64,000 nucleotides of DNA. Source: Armatimonadota bacterium (GTDB taxonomy: Bacteria > Armatimonadota > UBA5829 > DSUL01). The notes under the pieces are model-generated. The model ran no database searches, was not told the origin of the DNA, and saw nothing but the letters and a program-made list of their open reading frames with translations. The stretch lies in the NCBI GenBank assembly GCA_039811685.1, contig JBDHZC010000008.1, positions 1 through 64,000 on the forward strand, given 5' to 3'. This document shows, one piece after another, positions 32,627-42,485 of the stretch. Position 1 is the stretch's first letter, and each line of letters starts with the position of its first letter. The translations under genes were made by a program, and so were the position numbers.

Positions 32627-33667
32627 TCAGTAACCGGGTATGTGCAGCAGGCGAAAGTTAGCCGGGTTGAACTTTGCAGAGTCGTAGTCCGGCAACAGGG
32701 ATCCCCAGCAGTAGATGGTGTCCCCGATAATCGGGCCTTTGAGCTGAGTGCTGGTCATCAGGTTTATAGATGCATTGTTGAGAAGCGCATGCGCATAGAG
32801 AATACCTGTGAACTTGCTGCAGGTGTTCTGAAGAGTGGCCGTACCCGTAGTCAACAGCGCCAGCATTGAATCACCACCGGGATCGTAGTTCCCTGTTATG
32901 TTGATACCGCTGACGGCCACAATAGTGCCCTTTCCACTCACGGTCCCCCCGGTGAGCGTCAGGGTTCCTCCGACGTAGATCACGTCACCATCGCTGGGAA
33001 AATTGATATTGGAGAATGTTTTGTTGACGAGGTAGACAGTTCTGGCCTGCAACATCAAACCAGCGGTGTCTATCAGCGGGAAGCTGAATCCGGAAGAGTT
33101 TCTGATCAACCCTCCGTTCACAGTTCCTGAAGAAACCCATATTGATCCCGTCGCATAGAGATCGCCGGAGAGGTTTGTGGCGCTGTTGTTGATGGTGATA
33201 TTCCCTGGAAGAAAGATGTCGGCCTGGTCGGTGGAAATGATGGGGACGGACACAGTGCCTGTGTAGGAATTAACCGCTACCGCGTTGTCAAATAGAGCGC
33301 GTGGTCTGCTGACGACTCTTGAGAGCGAAGCGCGCGCTCCCCTGTAGTTTACAGAGGCCACAATGCGGTCAGAAACAGCCAGATTTACGCTGTTGTCATA
33401 GACGGCGATGTCAATTGTGGCCCCGCCAAAGGTCAAGGACGTAGTGTAGGGGCGCGCGGTCACGTTGTTCCATTTGATAAGCCAGTAACCGTAGCGCACT
33501 CCTGTTTCCGCCAACAAGCGGACCCGTTCTGAAGTCTGTCGGCTTGATTCAACGCGGGAGCCGAAAGTCGCGACATCCATTGCCGCAACGCCGAGAATCA
33601 GGCCTGTCATCACAGCGACAAGGACGACAATATAGGCCGCGCCACGATTTTCCCGCAGATGCTTCAT
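32627..33667 (-). CDS. PilX/GspK-like minor (pseudo)pilin with beta-solenoid-like C-terminus
   Basis: Class III signal RG|AAYIV lacking E5, LAETGVRYG, repetitive Gly/Asn/Thr beta strands. Confidence 0.75.
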   Translation of the reverse strand: MKHLRENRGAAYIVVLVAVMTGLILGVAAMDVATFGSRVESSRQTSERVRLLAETGVRYGYWLIKWNNVTARPYTTSLTFGGATIDIAVYDNSVNLAVSDRIVASVNYRGARASLSRVVSRPRALFDNAVAVNSYTGTVSVPIISTDQADIFLPGNITINNSATNLSGDLYATGSIWVSSGTVNGGLIRNSSGFSFPLIDTAGLMLQARTVYLVNKTFSNINFPSDGDVIYVGGTLTLTGGTVSGKGTIVAVSGINITGNYDPGGDSMLALLTTGTATLQNTCSKFTGILYAHALLNNASINLMTSTQLKGPIIGDTIYCWGSLLPDYDSAKFNPANFRLLHIPGY

Positions 33668-34329
33668 TCGTGATTGCGCACATACACCCGACGTGTAAAG
33701 CTCACTGGAGTCTTATTCCCGGCACGCGTTTCATCACTAGTCAGGGTCACCTTGTAGTACCACGCCGGCTCATCAGCTGCGGGAGGATCGAAGCGAAGCG
33801 ATGTGACAGGAGCCACCTGCCCCACAGTTGTCCCCGGATGCAGGCTCCGCGCGGCATCTGGGAACGTCTTGCTCGTATTCTTGATCGGGGTCAGGTTGTC
33901 TGCAGTTTCCACTGTTGAGGCAACCCAGAGAATGTTTCCGCTGACGGACAGGCTTCCAGTTGAGTCGGACAGATACCATACCTCACGCAAGCTGCTGGAT
34001 GTCGGCTTGTAAACAAGACTTCCTTTGCCTTTGGAGAGGGAATAGTCGCCTTCCGGAGTCTTGGCCGCTGGAAACGTGATAGCGACGCTGTCGCCTGTGG
34101 AAAATCGCGTGAAAACGAAAACGTGGCATCCGTTGCGAAGAGCTGAGCACAGGCGGCTTGCCGCTTCCCCAAGCGTCAATTCTGAGTCATTCTGAGTGGA
34201 TGTTCGCTCCCACAGAGTGGTAACCGCCCCAAATATGCCCAGAACCGCAACCATTACGACCGCCAGCATCACTACGGCCACGTTCATCTCGATAAGAGTC
34301 AGTCCGGCATCAGGATTGCGAGCTTTCAC
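33664..34329 (-). CDS. PilW/GspJ-like minor (pseudo)pilin
   Basis: Class III signal AG|LTLIE followed by a hydrophobic helix; 4-bp overlaps with both neighbours. Confidence 0.8.
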   Translation of the reverse strand: MKARNPDAGLTLIEMNVAVVMLAVVMVAVLGIFGAVTTLWERTSTQNDSELTLGEAASRLCSALRNGCHVFVFTRFSTGDSVAITFPAAKTPEGDYSLSKGKGSLVYKPTSSSLREVWYLSDSTGSLSVSGNILWVASTVETADNLTPIKNTSKTFPDAARSLHPGTTVGQVAPVTSLRFDPPAADEPAWYYKVTLTSDETRAGNKTPVSFTRRVYVRNHE

Positions 34330-34763
34330 AACTGCTCTCCAAGCTCGTCCACGATAAGGGTGTTGAACACAACAGCTCCGCCAGCGCGAGGACTGGCTCC
34401 GTTGCGGCCTTTAGCGTCTGAACTCCACGAGACTGTTACGCTTACGTTCTTCAAGTGGGTGGAAAACGCGTTGGGGTAGCTGGAAACCGAGACGACCATA
34501 GTCGATCCGGGAAGCTCCGAAGGCTTTGTGCTGGTTGCGCCGTTAGACAGAGCGGAAAACCCATCGGCTTTAATGCGATCTATTCGGTCCAGAGCAATCT
34601 GCTGAGCTATCTGCTCTGTGCTGGCCTGACCCTGGGCTTTGTTGGCGGCAATGTGGAGCGACACAACGGCAAGAGCGCCGAAAGCCAGAAAAACACTGGC
34701 GACCAGAAGCTCGACCAGTGTGAAACCCGATGACGTGTGCATGTCGCTACGCATATCATTCAC
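34326..34763 (-). CDS. PilV/GspI-like minor (pseudo)pilin
   Basis: Class III signal SG|FTLVE; C-terminal VSVTVSW strand. Confidence 0.8.
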   Translation of the reverse strand: MNDMRSDMHTSSGFTLVELLVASVFLAFGALAVVSLHIAANKAQGQASTEQIAQQIALDRIDRIKADGFSALSNGATSTKPSELPGSTMVVSVSSYPNAFSTHLKNVSVTVSWSSDAKGRNGASPRAGGAVVFNTLIVDELGEQL

Positions 34764-34964
34764 TCATCCAACGCACGTCTCCGAAATCAGATGGAGCGCT
34801 TGTGGCCAAAGCGAAAAACCGGGAATGCTCAGGTCAGACGATCCTTAGGCAGCAGTCCCAAAAAGTAGCACCTGGTCGTGTCCATAGCGCGCGGTTTGGA
34901 GCTACTGCACAAGGTCGCCTGTTGCACGCAGAAGAGGGCAACAAATGGGGCGCGGCAAGTTGTC

Positions 34965-35000
34965 TGCCCGGGAAGCTGGAGAACTTCCGCTTCCCGGGCA
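34965..35000 (-). terminator. Strong hairpin downstream of the major pilin gene (mRNA stabiliser or partial terminator)
   Basis: Perfect 12-bp arms TGCCCGGGAAGC/GCTTCCCGGGCA; no long U tract. Confidence 0.5.
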
Positions 35001-35026
35001 ACAAGTCTGACCGGCCGATCTATGAG

Positions 35027-35464
35027 CTAATAGCTGGAGAAGGCGACGCTGGCTGAGTCGTTTCCGGTCGCCGAGCTCTTGACAGTGCCGACACCCGGGC
35101 TGGTCGCAGTATAGCTGAACGCAGAACCAGAAATCGGATCAGTGGGCAGACTTTCAATGTACGGTCCACGCCAGTCGGCGGCTGTGATGCTCTGGGCAGT
35201 GCCAGCGCTGTCGAGGCCCTGAGAGGGCGCCGTGGTCGCTGAGAGATCGCTGAGCAGTTTCGGATAGTAACCCGTATCGTTCTTGTAGAGCTGCACAGCG
35301 TTGCGAATCATCTTCAGGTCCGCTTTCAACGCGGATTCTTTGCTGCGCTGGCTGGAGTTTGCAAACTTGGGCAGCACGACAGCGGCCAGAACCGCAAGCA
35401 CAACTACCACAACGAGCAACTCAATAAGGGTAAAACCCTTCCTGTTCATCCTTGACATAAGCAT
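35027..35464 (-). CDS. GspG-like major pseudopilin
   Basis: KG|FTLIE signal; AVQLYKNDTGYYP and WRGPY...LPTDP motifs of the T2SS G family. Start moved to ATG 35464. Confidence 0.85.
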   Translation of the reverse strand: MLMSRMNRKGFTLIELLVVVVVLAVLAAVVLPKFANSSQRSKESALKADLKMIRNAVQLYKNDTGYYPKLLSDLSATTAPSQGLDSAGTAQSITAADWRGPYIESLPTDPISGSAFSYTATSPGVGTVKSSATGNDSASVAFSSY

Positions 35465-35517
35465 GTCTGCTTCTTTCCTCCGTGGGCGCATTTCGGATTG
35501 GACCAGAATCGGCCGGT

Positions 35518-36732
35518 TCAGTGGACGCCGCCCACCAGACTGTATATAGGGACTATTATTGACAGAGCGATAAATCCAACGAAAGCCCCAAGGACTACGA
35601 TCAGGATTGGCTCTATGATGGAGGTGAGACTTCGCAGCTTTGCGTCGATATCCTTCGAGTAGTACTCGCAGGCATAGCCGAGCATCGCCGGAAGCTCCCC
35701 CGACTTTTCCCCGGCGGCCACCATCTGGAGGACCAGCGCAGGGAAAACCTGACTTCGCCGTAGCGAATTCGTGATACTTGCGCCTGAAGAAACGTCAGCC
35801 TGCGCCTGCTTCAGTGCGTTAGCAACAACTTCATTATTGGCAGCAGCGGCCGCAGTCTCGAGAGCAGACATCATCGGGACGCCTGCAGTCAAGAGCGTAC
35901 CGAGCGTGGTCATAGTGCGAGTGATGATAATCTTGGCAACGAGATCCCCCAGAATCGGCAGCTTCAGGACTAGCCGATCGCTGAGACTGCGCCCCTGTGG
36001 ACTGCGCAGGGCGCGGCGGACAGATATCACACAACTGGCAATGCCCAGCAGCCAGAAATACCAGTAGTGCAGCGTTGACTGGCTCATCGCCATCAACATC
36101 CGCGTTGTAAGTGGCAACTCGACCTTCATCTCCTTGAACAAAATCAGGAAGCGCGGCAGAATGAAGGTCATCATGGCGACAAGAGTCAAGAGCGCTATGA
36201 CAACAACGACCATCGGGTAGGTGCTGGCAGCTTTGACTTTGCGCTGGATGTCCGCCGAGGATTCCAGATGCTCCGCCAGGCGCTCGAGGGCTTCGTGAAG
36301 AGTTCCGCCGGCCTCCGCGACGGCAATCATATCGGATGCCAGTTTCGGAAATACTGCCGGATGGCGGTTGACGGCTTCACTGAACGTAGCGCCCCCCAGC
36401 AGGTCCTGGTAAATGACGTCGAGAGTATCCTGCAGCGCCTTGTGCTTGACCTGAGCTGTCAGGCCGGAGATCGCTTCCGTCAGCGACACGCCAGCCCGAA
36501 TGAGAATAGCCATCTGCCGAAAGACGACCGCCTGCTGCTCAATGGGCACACCCGCCGAACCCACAGGACGCTCTTTGCTCGGAGTCGCCCCTCCGGAGAC
36601 CAGCTTGAGCTGCACCACCTGGGAACCGCGACTGCGCAGAGACGCGCGCGCCTGCTCTTCCGAGGCGGCTTCGATCCGGTCGGCTTTCATCGTCCCGGTT
36701 GCATCCAACAGTTTGTAGGCGTAGAGTGGCAT
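35518..36732 (-). CDS. PilC/GspF inner-membrane platform protein
   Basis: MPLYAYK, FRQMAILIRAGV, AEAGGTL, YP, GEKSGEL, IIEP motifs. Confidence 0.93.
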   Translation of the reverse strand: MPLYAYKLLDATGTMKADRIEAASEEQARASLRSRGSQVVQLKLVSGGATPSKERPVGSAGVPIEQQAVVFRQMAILIRAGVSLTEAISGLTAQVKHKALQDTLDVIYQDLLGGATFSEAVNRHPAVFPKLASDMIAVAEAGGTLHEALERLAEHLESSADIQRKVKAASTYPMVVVVIALLTLVAMMTFILPRFLILFKEMKVELPLTTRMLMAMSQSTLHYWYFWLLGIASCVISVRRALRSPQGRSLSDRLVLKLPILGDLVAKIIITRTMTTLGTLLTAGVPMMSALETAAAAANNEVVANALKQAQADVSSGASITNSLRRSQVFPALVLQMVAAGEKSGELPAMLGYACEYYSKDIDAKLRSLTSIIEPILIVVLGAFVGFIALSIIVPIYSLVGGVH

Positions 36733-36779
36733 CAGTTGGTCAGTTTGCCAGTCCTTCGTGCGTCAGTGCAGGTACACCC

Positions 36780-38486
36780 CTAGTCGGAGGTCACGCGCAC
36801 CACTTCTTCGATAGTTGTCAGCCCTTCGAGCGCTTTGTGCAAAGCGTCCTCGCGCAGAGTCTGCATCCCTTTTTCAACCGCGATTGCCCGGATGTCGGCG
36901 GAGGGCCTGCGCGCGACAACGGCTGTGCGGATATCATCATCCGTCTTGAGAAGCTCGTAGACGCCAATGCGGCCGCGATAGCCGGTGCCGGCGCACTGCT
37001 CACATCCCGCACCGCGCTTGAGCACGGCCATCTGCTCACGCGTCAGATTCAGCCCGAGACGGCTCAGCAACTCTTCGCCAGGCGCGTACGGGCACATGCA
37101 TTTGTTGCAGATGGTGCGAACAAGGCGCTGCGCCATGACGCCAAGCACCGATGAGGCCACCAAGAAAGGCTCAATGTCCATGTCAACAAGGCGCGTCAAC
37201 GCGCCAGTGGAATCGTTGGCGTGGATGGTGCTGAGCACCAGGTGGCCGGTCAGCGCCGCCTCTACGGCAATCTCCGCCGTCTCTGCGTCGCGAATCTCGC
37301 CCACAAGAATCACATCCGGGTCCTGGCGCACGATTGTGCGCAACCCCACGGAGAAGGTCAGTCCGGCTTTGCGGTTGACGTTTGCCTGGATCACACCGGG
37401 AAGCTGATACTCAACAGGATCTTCGATGGTCAGAATGTTGCGCTCCACAGAGTTAATCGAGTTCAGAGCCGCATAAAGAGTGGTGGTCTTTCCTGAGCCG
37501 GTAGGACCACACGTAAGGATCATTCCATACGGAGCCAGAGTCAGGCGCGAGAACTGATCTTCAACGGCCGGGAGCAAACCCAGCTTGCTGAAGTTGATGC
37601 GGGCGGCGCTTTTTTCCAGAACGCGAATTACCACGTTCTCGCCGTAGACAGCAGGGTACGTGCTGATGCGGAAGTCGTACTGCTGCCCCGGCGCCATCAG
37701 CGTGAGGCGGCCATCCTGCGGAGTGCGGCGCTCAGCAATGTCCATGTTGGCCATGACCTTAATGCGCGAGATGACCGCAGACTGAAGGTCTTTGGGGATC
37801 ACCATCGTTTCATGCAGGATGCCGTCCACCCTCAAACGCACACGCACGCGCCCCGCTTCTGGCTCTACATGAATGTCACTTGCGCGCGACGAGATAGCCC
37901 GCGAGATGAGGGCATTCACGAGCCGCACAACGGGAGCGCCTTCAGCCAGCTCCTTGATATCAATGCCCTGATCCGCTTCAGCTTCGTCTTCTTCCGTGAG
38001 CTTCACGTCGGTGTCAACGTCGCGGATGGCCTCGCCAATGATGTCGCTGACGTCATCCGCCGCCCCGAAGCAGCGGAAGATGGCCTCCATAATGTCCTCT
38101 TCAACCGCTATGACCGGGATGGGTTCAAGAGCTGTGGAGATGGCGATTTCGTCAACAGCAGCTACATCCAGCGGGTTGGCCATGGCCACTGTAATAGTGC
38201 CGGCGCGCTGTTCGATCGGAATGGCTTTGTATCGCAAAGCGACGCTGTGAGAGATCAGCCGCGCAATGGCCGGATCAAGGTCGCGATCGGCGATATCGAC
38301 AAATTGAACGTTATTCTGCAGTGCAAGACAGCGCACGCGGTCCGCCTCACTGATCAGACCTCTGCGAACGAGGTAGCGCCCAATGTCCTCACCGGCGTCG
38401 GTACGCCCGGCCAGGGCCGAATCGAGTTGGTCGTGCGAAAGCAGCCCTTCGCGAACAATAACAGAGCTGAAAGTTGCGTTGGCCAC
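36780..38486 (-). CDS. PilB/GspE assembly ATPase with MshEN-like N-terminus
   Basis: ASDIHVEP, PQDGR, GPTGSGKTT, TIEDPVE, RQDPDVILVGEIRD, tetracysteine Zn motif. Confidence 0.95.
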   Translation of the reverse strand: MANATFSSVIVREGLLSHDQLDSALAGRTDAGEDIGRYLVRRGLISEADRVRCLALQNNVQFVDIADRDLDPAIARLISHSVALRYKAIPIEQRAGTITVAMANPLDVAAVDEIAISTALEPIPVIAVEEDIMEAIFRCFGAADDVSDIIGEAIRDVDTDVKLTEEDEAEADQGIDIKELAEGAPVVRLVNALISRAISSRASDIHVEPEAGRVRVRLRVDGILHETMVIPKDLQSAVISRIKVMANMDIAERRTPQDGRLTLMAPGQQYDFRISTYPAVYGENVVIRVLEKSAARINFSKLGLLPAVEDQFSRLTLAPYGMILTCGPTGSGKTTTLYAALNSINSVERNILTIEDPVEYQLPGVIQANVNRKAGLTFSVGLRTIVRQDPDVILVGEIRDAETAEIAVEAALTGHLVLSTIHANDSTGALTRLVDMDIEPFLVASSVLGVMAQRLVRTICNKCMCPYAPGEELLSRLGLNLTREQMAVLKRGAGCEQCAGTGYRGRIGVYELLKTDDDIRTAVVARRPSADIRAIAVEKGMQTLREDALHKALEGLTTIEEVVRVTSD

Positions 38487-38492
38487 CTGGTC

Positions 38493-40607
38493 CTAACCCT
38501 CTTTGTCTGGTATCGCCTCTGCGTTGGTCAGCACAGCACCGTGGTCGATCTGCTCGCCCTTGATGATCTTCGGTGTCAGGAAGATGACAATCTCAGACCT
38601 GTTCCTGGTCTTCTCGCGGTGCCGGAAAAGACTCTTGATAATCGGCAGGTCTCCCAACAGCGGAACTTTGATGAGAGTGTTGATTTCGTCGTCCCGGATA
38701 AGGCCTCCGATGGCAAACTGCTCTCCTTCCTTGAGGCGCACTGTTGTTTTGGCTTCACGGGTTGAAATCTGAGGGTACTGGCTGCCCTGAATGTTGAGGA
38801 AGCCTTTCACGACACTGACCTGCGGGTACACGGTCATCGTGATGTAGCCGTCTTCCGTGATCATAGGGGCTACCTGCAGATAGATGCCGACCTTCTCTTC
38901 TTCCTTGTCGTAAATCGGCGTGTTGAGGGAGCTGTAACCAATGACTTTGGGGTAGATGATGCGATCGCCAATGAGAATGCTTCCGTGCGCACCGTCCACT
39001 ACCGCCAGCGACGGCCTGGCCAACAGCTTCGCCTGCCCTTCCTTGTTCATTGCCTCAAGAATGCCTTCGAAGTTCAGACCATTGCGCGTAAATCGGCCAA
39101 ATCGCATATGTGCATCAGGAGTTTCCTTGATCTGGAGACTGTTCCAGGACCAGCTCAATCCAAGCTGACGCGAGGCTTCGTCGCTTATCTCTGTAACCAA
39201 AGCTTCAATCACTACCTGGGAGCGGCGTACGTCAAGCTGTCGCAGAAGCTCCATCGCCTCCTTGAGCGCAGTTCTGGGCCCGCGCATAATCACAGTTCCG
39301 GGCTGCAGAGAGTTCGCTGAGCTCTGAGTGTCTGAAGCTGTGGCAAGCTGTGCGCCGTCGACGGAAGCCGCGGAGGCATCCAGCAGCGGGCTGGTGTAGG
39401 TGGGCCCGGATGCAATGTTGAGAGACGGGAAGAGCTTCGTAAGAGTGGCTACCAACTCGGTTGCGTTGTTGTAACGGCACCGCCAGATTGCCAGGTCGCT
39501 GTCTTTGTCCGAAGCCGCCTGATTCGCCTCGTGGTCAACCTGCGGCGGCTCAACTTTGCTGATGACAAATGCGCCGTTCTCGCGCTTCAGATCAAGCCCG
39601 TTTGATGCCGTGATCTGAGAGAGAATCTCTTCAAGATTGCTTCCTGACAGGCGCGCTGTAATCTGCGCTTTGGCGTCCTGCGCAACGACGATGTTCTCAC
39701 CCCACTGCGAAGCCAGCGTGCGCGCCACAACGCCAATGTCTGTGTCGTACACGTCCAGTTCTGGAGTTTCAGAATGGGAAGCGCGCGCTTCCAGAGAAGC
39801 GAGCGCTTTTACAGGAGCGCGCGCTTGTACAGAAGAGGCCGCTTCTTTGCGAGAAGGTGCTCTGGCGATAGGTGACTGTGGATGCGGTCGAGCCTGTGCC
39901 GTCGAGTGGGCAGGTTGCGTGAGATCAGGCGTGGCAGATTCATTCGGGCTGGCGTAGTTCTGATTGGAGAGTGCCTCGCCAGCAAGGCGCTTTGCGGCGA
40001 GATTGAGCAACGGAGGCTCTGAGACTGAAACATCGGCGTTCCCGATCTGCTCCACGGATCCCAGAACTTTCTGTGTGACCGCGCCTTTCGTTGGAGGAGT
40101 CTCCAAAAGAAGCGTGTCCAAGGGCGTTGTGGCTCTGGACCGGAGGTCGCCGCGTGGGTCCGTCCAGGCTGTAAGCTTGATGACCCGAGTACCCTGCCCG
40201 GCGAGAGAGTACGAGATTGTCTCTGGCTGCGTCGACGATAGTCTTACTTGTGAGATCGCAGGCATCAGAGTGGATTGTCCCGCTTCAAGCTGCCAGCGGT
40301 CCTCGTCCGAGATAAACGGTGTAAGTGCTGAGGCTTTGTATACCGCACCGATGCTCAGAATGACGCTGTGTGTCGCAATGTCCTCTGTACAATGAGCCTG
40401 AACAGGCGCATCCGCAGTAAGCGTGAGCTCAAGAAATCCCGCAGACTCCTTCACAGAAACATCTGTCACAGCCGACACACTGCCGCCCGGAGTTTCCGAG
40501 TTTGCCATCGCTATTGCTTGAAGCCCGGCGACCAGCGCCACGCTGGAGATCCGTATGATTTTTCTGAGTTTCGTCAATGACATAATCCTCAACTCACTCT
40601 GACGCAA
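38493..40607 (-). CDS. Secretin (PilQ/GspD family)
   Basis: Signal peptide, N-domains, LDVRRSQVVIEA, AIGGLI, KVPLLGDLPIIKSLF, EIVIFLTPKII. Confidence 0.92.
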   Translation of the reverse strand: MRQSELRIMSLTKLRKIIRISSVALVAGLQAIAMANSETPGGSVSAVTDVSVKESAGFLELTLTADAPVQAHCTEDIATHSVILSIGAVYKASALTPFISDEDRWQLEAGQSTLMPAISQVRLSSTQPETISYSLAGQGTRVIKLTAWTDPRGDLRSRATTPLDTLLLETPPTKGAVTQKVLGSVEQIGNADVSVSEPPLLNLAAKRLAGEALSNQNYASPNESATPDLTQPAHSTAQARPHPQSPIARAPSRKEAASSVQARAPVKALASLEARASHSETPELDVYDTDIGVVARTLASQWGENIVVAQDAKAQITARLSGSNLEEILSQITASNGLDLKRENGAFVISKVEPPQVDHEANQAASDKDSDLAIWRCRYNNATELVATLTKLFPSLNIASGPTYTSPLLDASAASVDGAQLATASDTQSSANSLQPGTVIMRGPRTALKEAMELLRQLDVRRSQVVIEALVTEISDEASRQLGLSWSWNSLQIKETPDAHMRFGRFTRNGLNFEGILEAMNKEGQAKLLARPSLAVVDGAHGSILIGDRIIYPKVIGYSSLNTPIYDKEEEKVGIYLQVAPMITEDGYITMTVYPQVSVVKGFLNIQGSQYPQISTREAKTTVRLKEGEQFAIGGLIRDDEINTLIKVPLLGDLPIIKSLFRHREKTRNRSEIVIFLTPKIIKGEQIDHGAVLTNAEAIPDKEG

Positions 40608-41298
40608 CCGTCACTCGGGGAAGGGTCAGGGTCAACAGCCCGCCCGGCCCGTTGAGCACAACCTGTCCCTGGCTGATGTGAACTACCCGGTACTCACTGT
40701 CCAGAGCCTGTCCCTCGCTGACTGTCAGGCTTTGCCCGTCGCCTCCCTCTTTGATTACTGCCACTTTTCCGCGCGGACCGGAGATGATGGCTCCGAGATG
40801 GTAGTCTGGCGGAGAGTTTCGTTCGGGACTGCCGTCAGAGGAGTGTCCGGCGACAGAGACTGAACCCTGCGCTCCAGGGCGCTGAATACTCAGCCCCGAT
40901 GAAAACGGAAACGTGACGGGGCGAAGCGGTGGCCGGACTGTATGCCGCGGGTCTGAGGCCGGCAGAGTAAGAGAACCCGGCAAAGCGGCAGACTCCGATG
41001 CGCTGGCTTGTGGTTGGCCACTTGAAACACTTTTCTGAAGCAGCCCAGAGGGTGGTATATCAAACGGGTTGCGACCGGCCGGCCTTCCTGCGACTACTGA
41101 GTAGGGTTGCACCACCGTTTGAGGCGAGGCAACAGGTCTGGAAGCATTGTCCCGCGCTGTCGGCTGCAGAGGTCTGTGGCTATCGGATGCGGCGCGAAAG
41201 CGCACGACGGTCACGGTGACGGCGACTATCAGAACCGCAATGAGGGGAAGAGCCAGTTTTTGCTGCGCGGGGTCGGAGGAGAGCTTCATGGCTTTCAT
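40594..41298 (-). CDS. PilP/GspC-like protein
   Basis: N-terminal TM, GRNPF motif, Pro-rich linker, C-terminal HR-like domain (LGAIISG...VAVI...VSEGQ); lies between pilO and the secretin gene. Confidence 0.7.
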   Translation of the reverse strand: MKAMKLSSDPAQQKLALPLIAVLIVAVTVTVVRFRAASDSHRPLQPTARDNASRPVASPQTVVQPYSVVAGRPAGRNPFDIPPSGLLQKSVSSGQPQASASESAALPGSLTLPASDPRHTVRPPLRPVTFPFSSGLSIQRPGAQGSVSVAGHSSDGSPERNSPPDYHLGAIISGPRGKVAVIKEGGDGQSLTVSEGQALDSEYRVVHISQGQVVLNGPGGLLTLTLPRVTVASE

Positions 41299-41885
41299 TT
41301 CTTCCTCACCCGATAGAAACTCAACGCCACATCAACTGTCACGGAACTGGCGTTGCGGCCCACCCTCGAAGGCGAAAGGGTGACCGTCTCCACTTTGACC
41401 GGCATGTTTCCTGTGGCCACAGAGCGCAGCCAGTCCATAAGCGGGCGATATGGCCCTTTTGCCCGGACAAGGACTTTTTGCCCCGTCGCTACGAAGCCTT
41501 CACCAGGGCTCTGATCGTCCGGGAGATCGATTTCGCTATCATCTGGTGAGAAACTCAGCAGGCTCACTCCAAGAGCTCTGGCCGAGCGTTCGAGTTCTGC
41601 GGCTACAGCCGCGACAGTCTGCGCCCGCGAGCCGCCAGATCGAACCGGACTGCTTCTGATATCAGCGAGATCACGTTCCAGCCCACCCTGCTCCGAGCGG
41701 GCCTCTTGCAGGGCGTGCGAGACGGACAGGACGCTCATTCCCTGCATGCCCAGCCGGGCCAGCAAGCCGCCAAAAAGAGCGACGCTGAGCACGCCGAAAA
41801 TCCACAGACTCCACGTCGCTATTTGTACAACGCGCAGTGTGTAGTGGCGTGAGCTGACAAAACGCTCCAGAGACAGGCTCGTCAT
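41295..41885 (-). CDS. PilO/GspM-like protein
   Basis: TM + coiled coil + ferredoxin-like fold (GPYRPLMDWL); operon position. Confidence 0.75.
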   Translation of the reverse strand: MTSLSLERFVSSRHYTLRVVQIATWSLWIFGVLSVALFGGLLARLGMQGMSVLSVSHALQEARSEQGGLERDLADIRSSPVRSGGSRAQTVAAVAAELERSARALGVSLLSFSPDDSEIDLPDDQSPGEGFVATGQKVLVRAKGPYRPLMDWLRSVATGNMPVKVETVTLSPSRVGRNASSVTVDVALSFYRVRKK

Positions 41886-42481
41886 GTGGAGCCACCTTTG
41901 CCGGAATCTGACTGCGAAACGCTGCTATTTGCGAATCCGCTGAGCTTGAGGAACAGGGTGAATCTTATGGCCTGGAAGTTGTCAACCTGTAGAGTGTCCG
42001 AAGGGCCGAGGCGCACATCCTGAAAGGTTTTGCCCGAGCCCAGGGCTGTGGCGAGGCGGGCAACCGCCGTGAGATCCGCCGCTCCACCGTCAACCTGCAC
42101 AGTGCCGTCCTTCACCCCCGCTGTCACCCTGTTGAGCCACGAGTTAGCGGGCAAAGCAGTCGCTAGCACCTGCAAGCTGTCAATGACATCCAGGCCCCTG
42201 GCGGACAGCCTGTGATGCCAGCGCGCGAGATCCTGCCTGGTGCGCAGATCGCCAAGTTCTTGCCGATAAATCTGCGTCTGAGCGTTCGTGCGCTTCAGCC
42301 TCTGGGCCAGAAGGTCACGGCGCTCGTTAACACTTCCCATCCCGAAAAACCCAGCCGCCATTGCCAGAACATCAAAGGCCAGAAAAGCCACCAGCACACG
42401 CAGCCGCAGGAGCAGGACTCTACGGCAGAACTCACGTTCCGTAACTCTTGCGGAAGCCAGGCTCAGAGGAGTAATGTTCAT
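41882..42481 (-). CDS. PilN-like protein
   Basis: MNITPL N-terminus (degenerate INLL), TM, coiled coil, LPANSWL; operon position. Confidence 0.8.
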   Translation of the reverse strand: MNITPLSLASARVTEREFCRRVLLLRLRVLVAFLAFDVLAMAAGFFGMGSVNERRDLLAQRLKRTNAQTQIYRQELGDLRTRQDLARWHHRLSARGLDVIDSLQVLATALPANSWLNRVTAGVKDGTVQVDGGAADLTAVARLATALGSGKTFQDVRLGPSDTLQVDNFQAIRFTLFLKLSGFANSSVSQSDSGKGGST

Positions 42482-42485
42482 GCGC

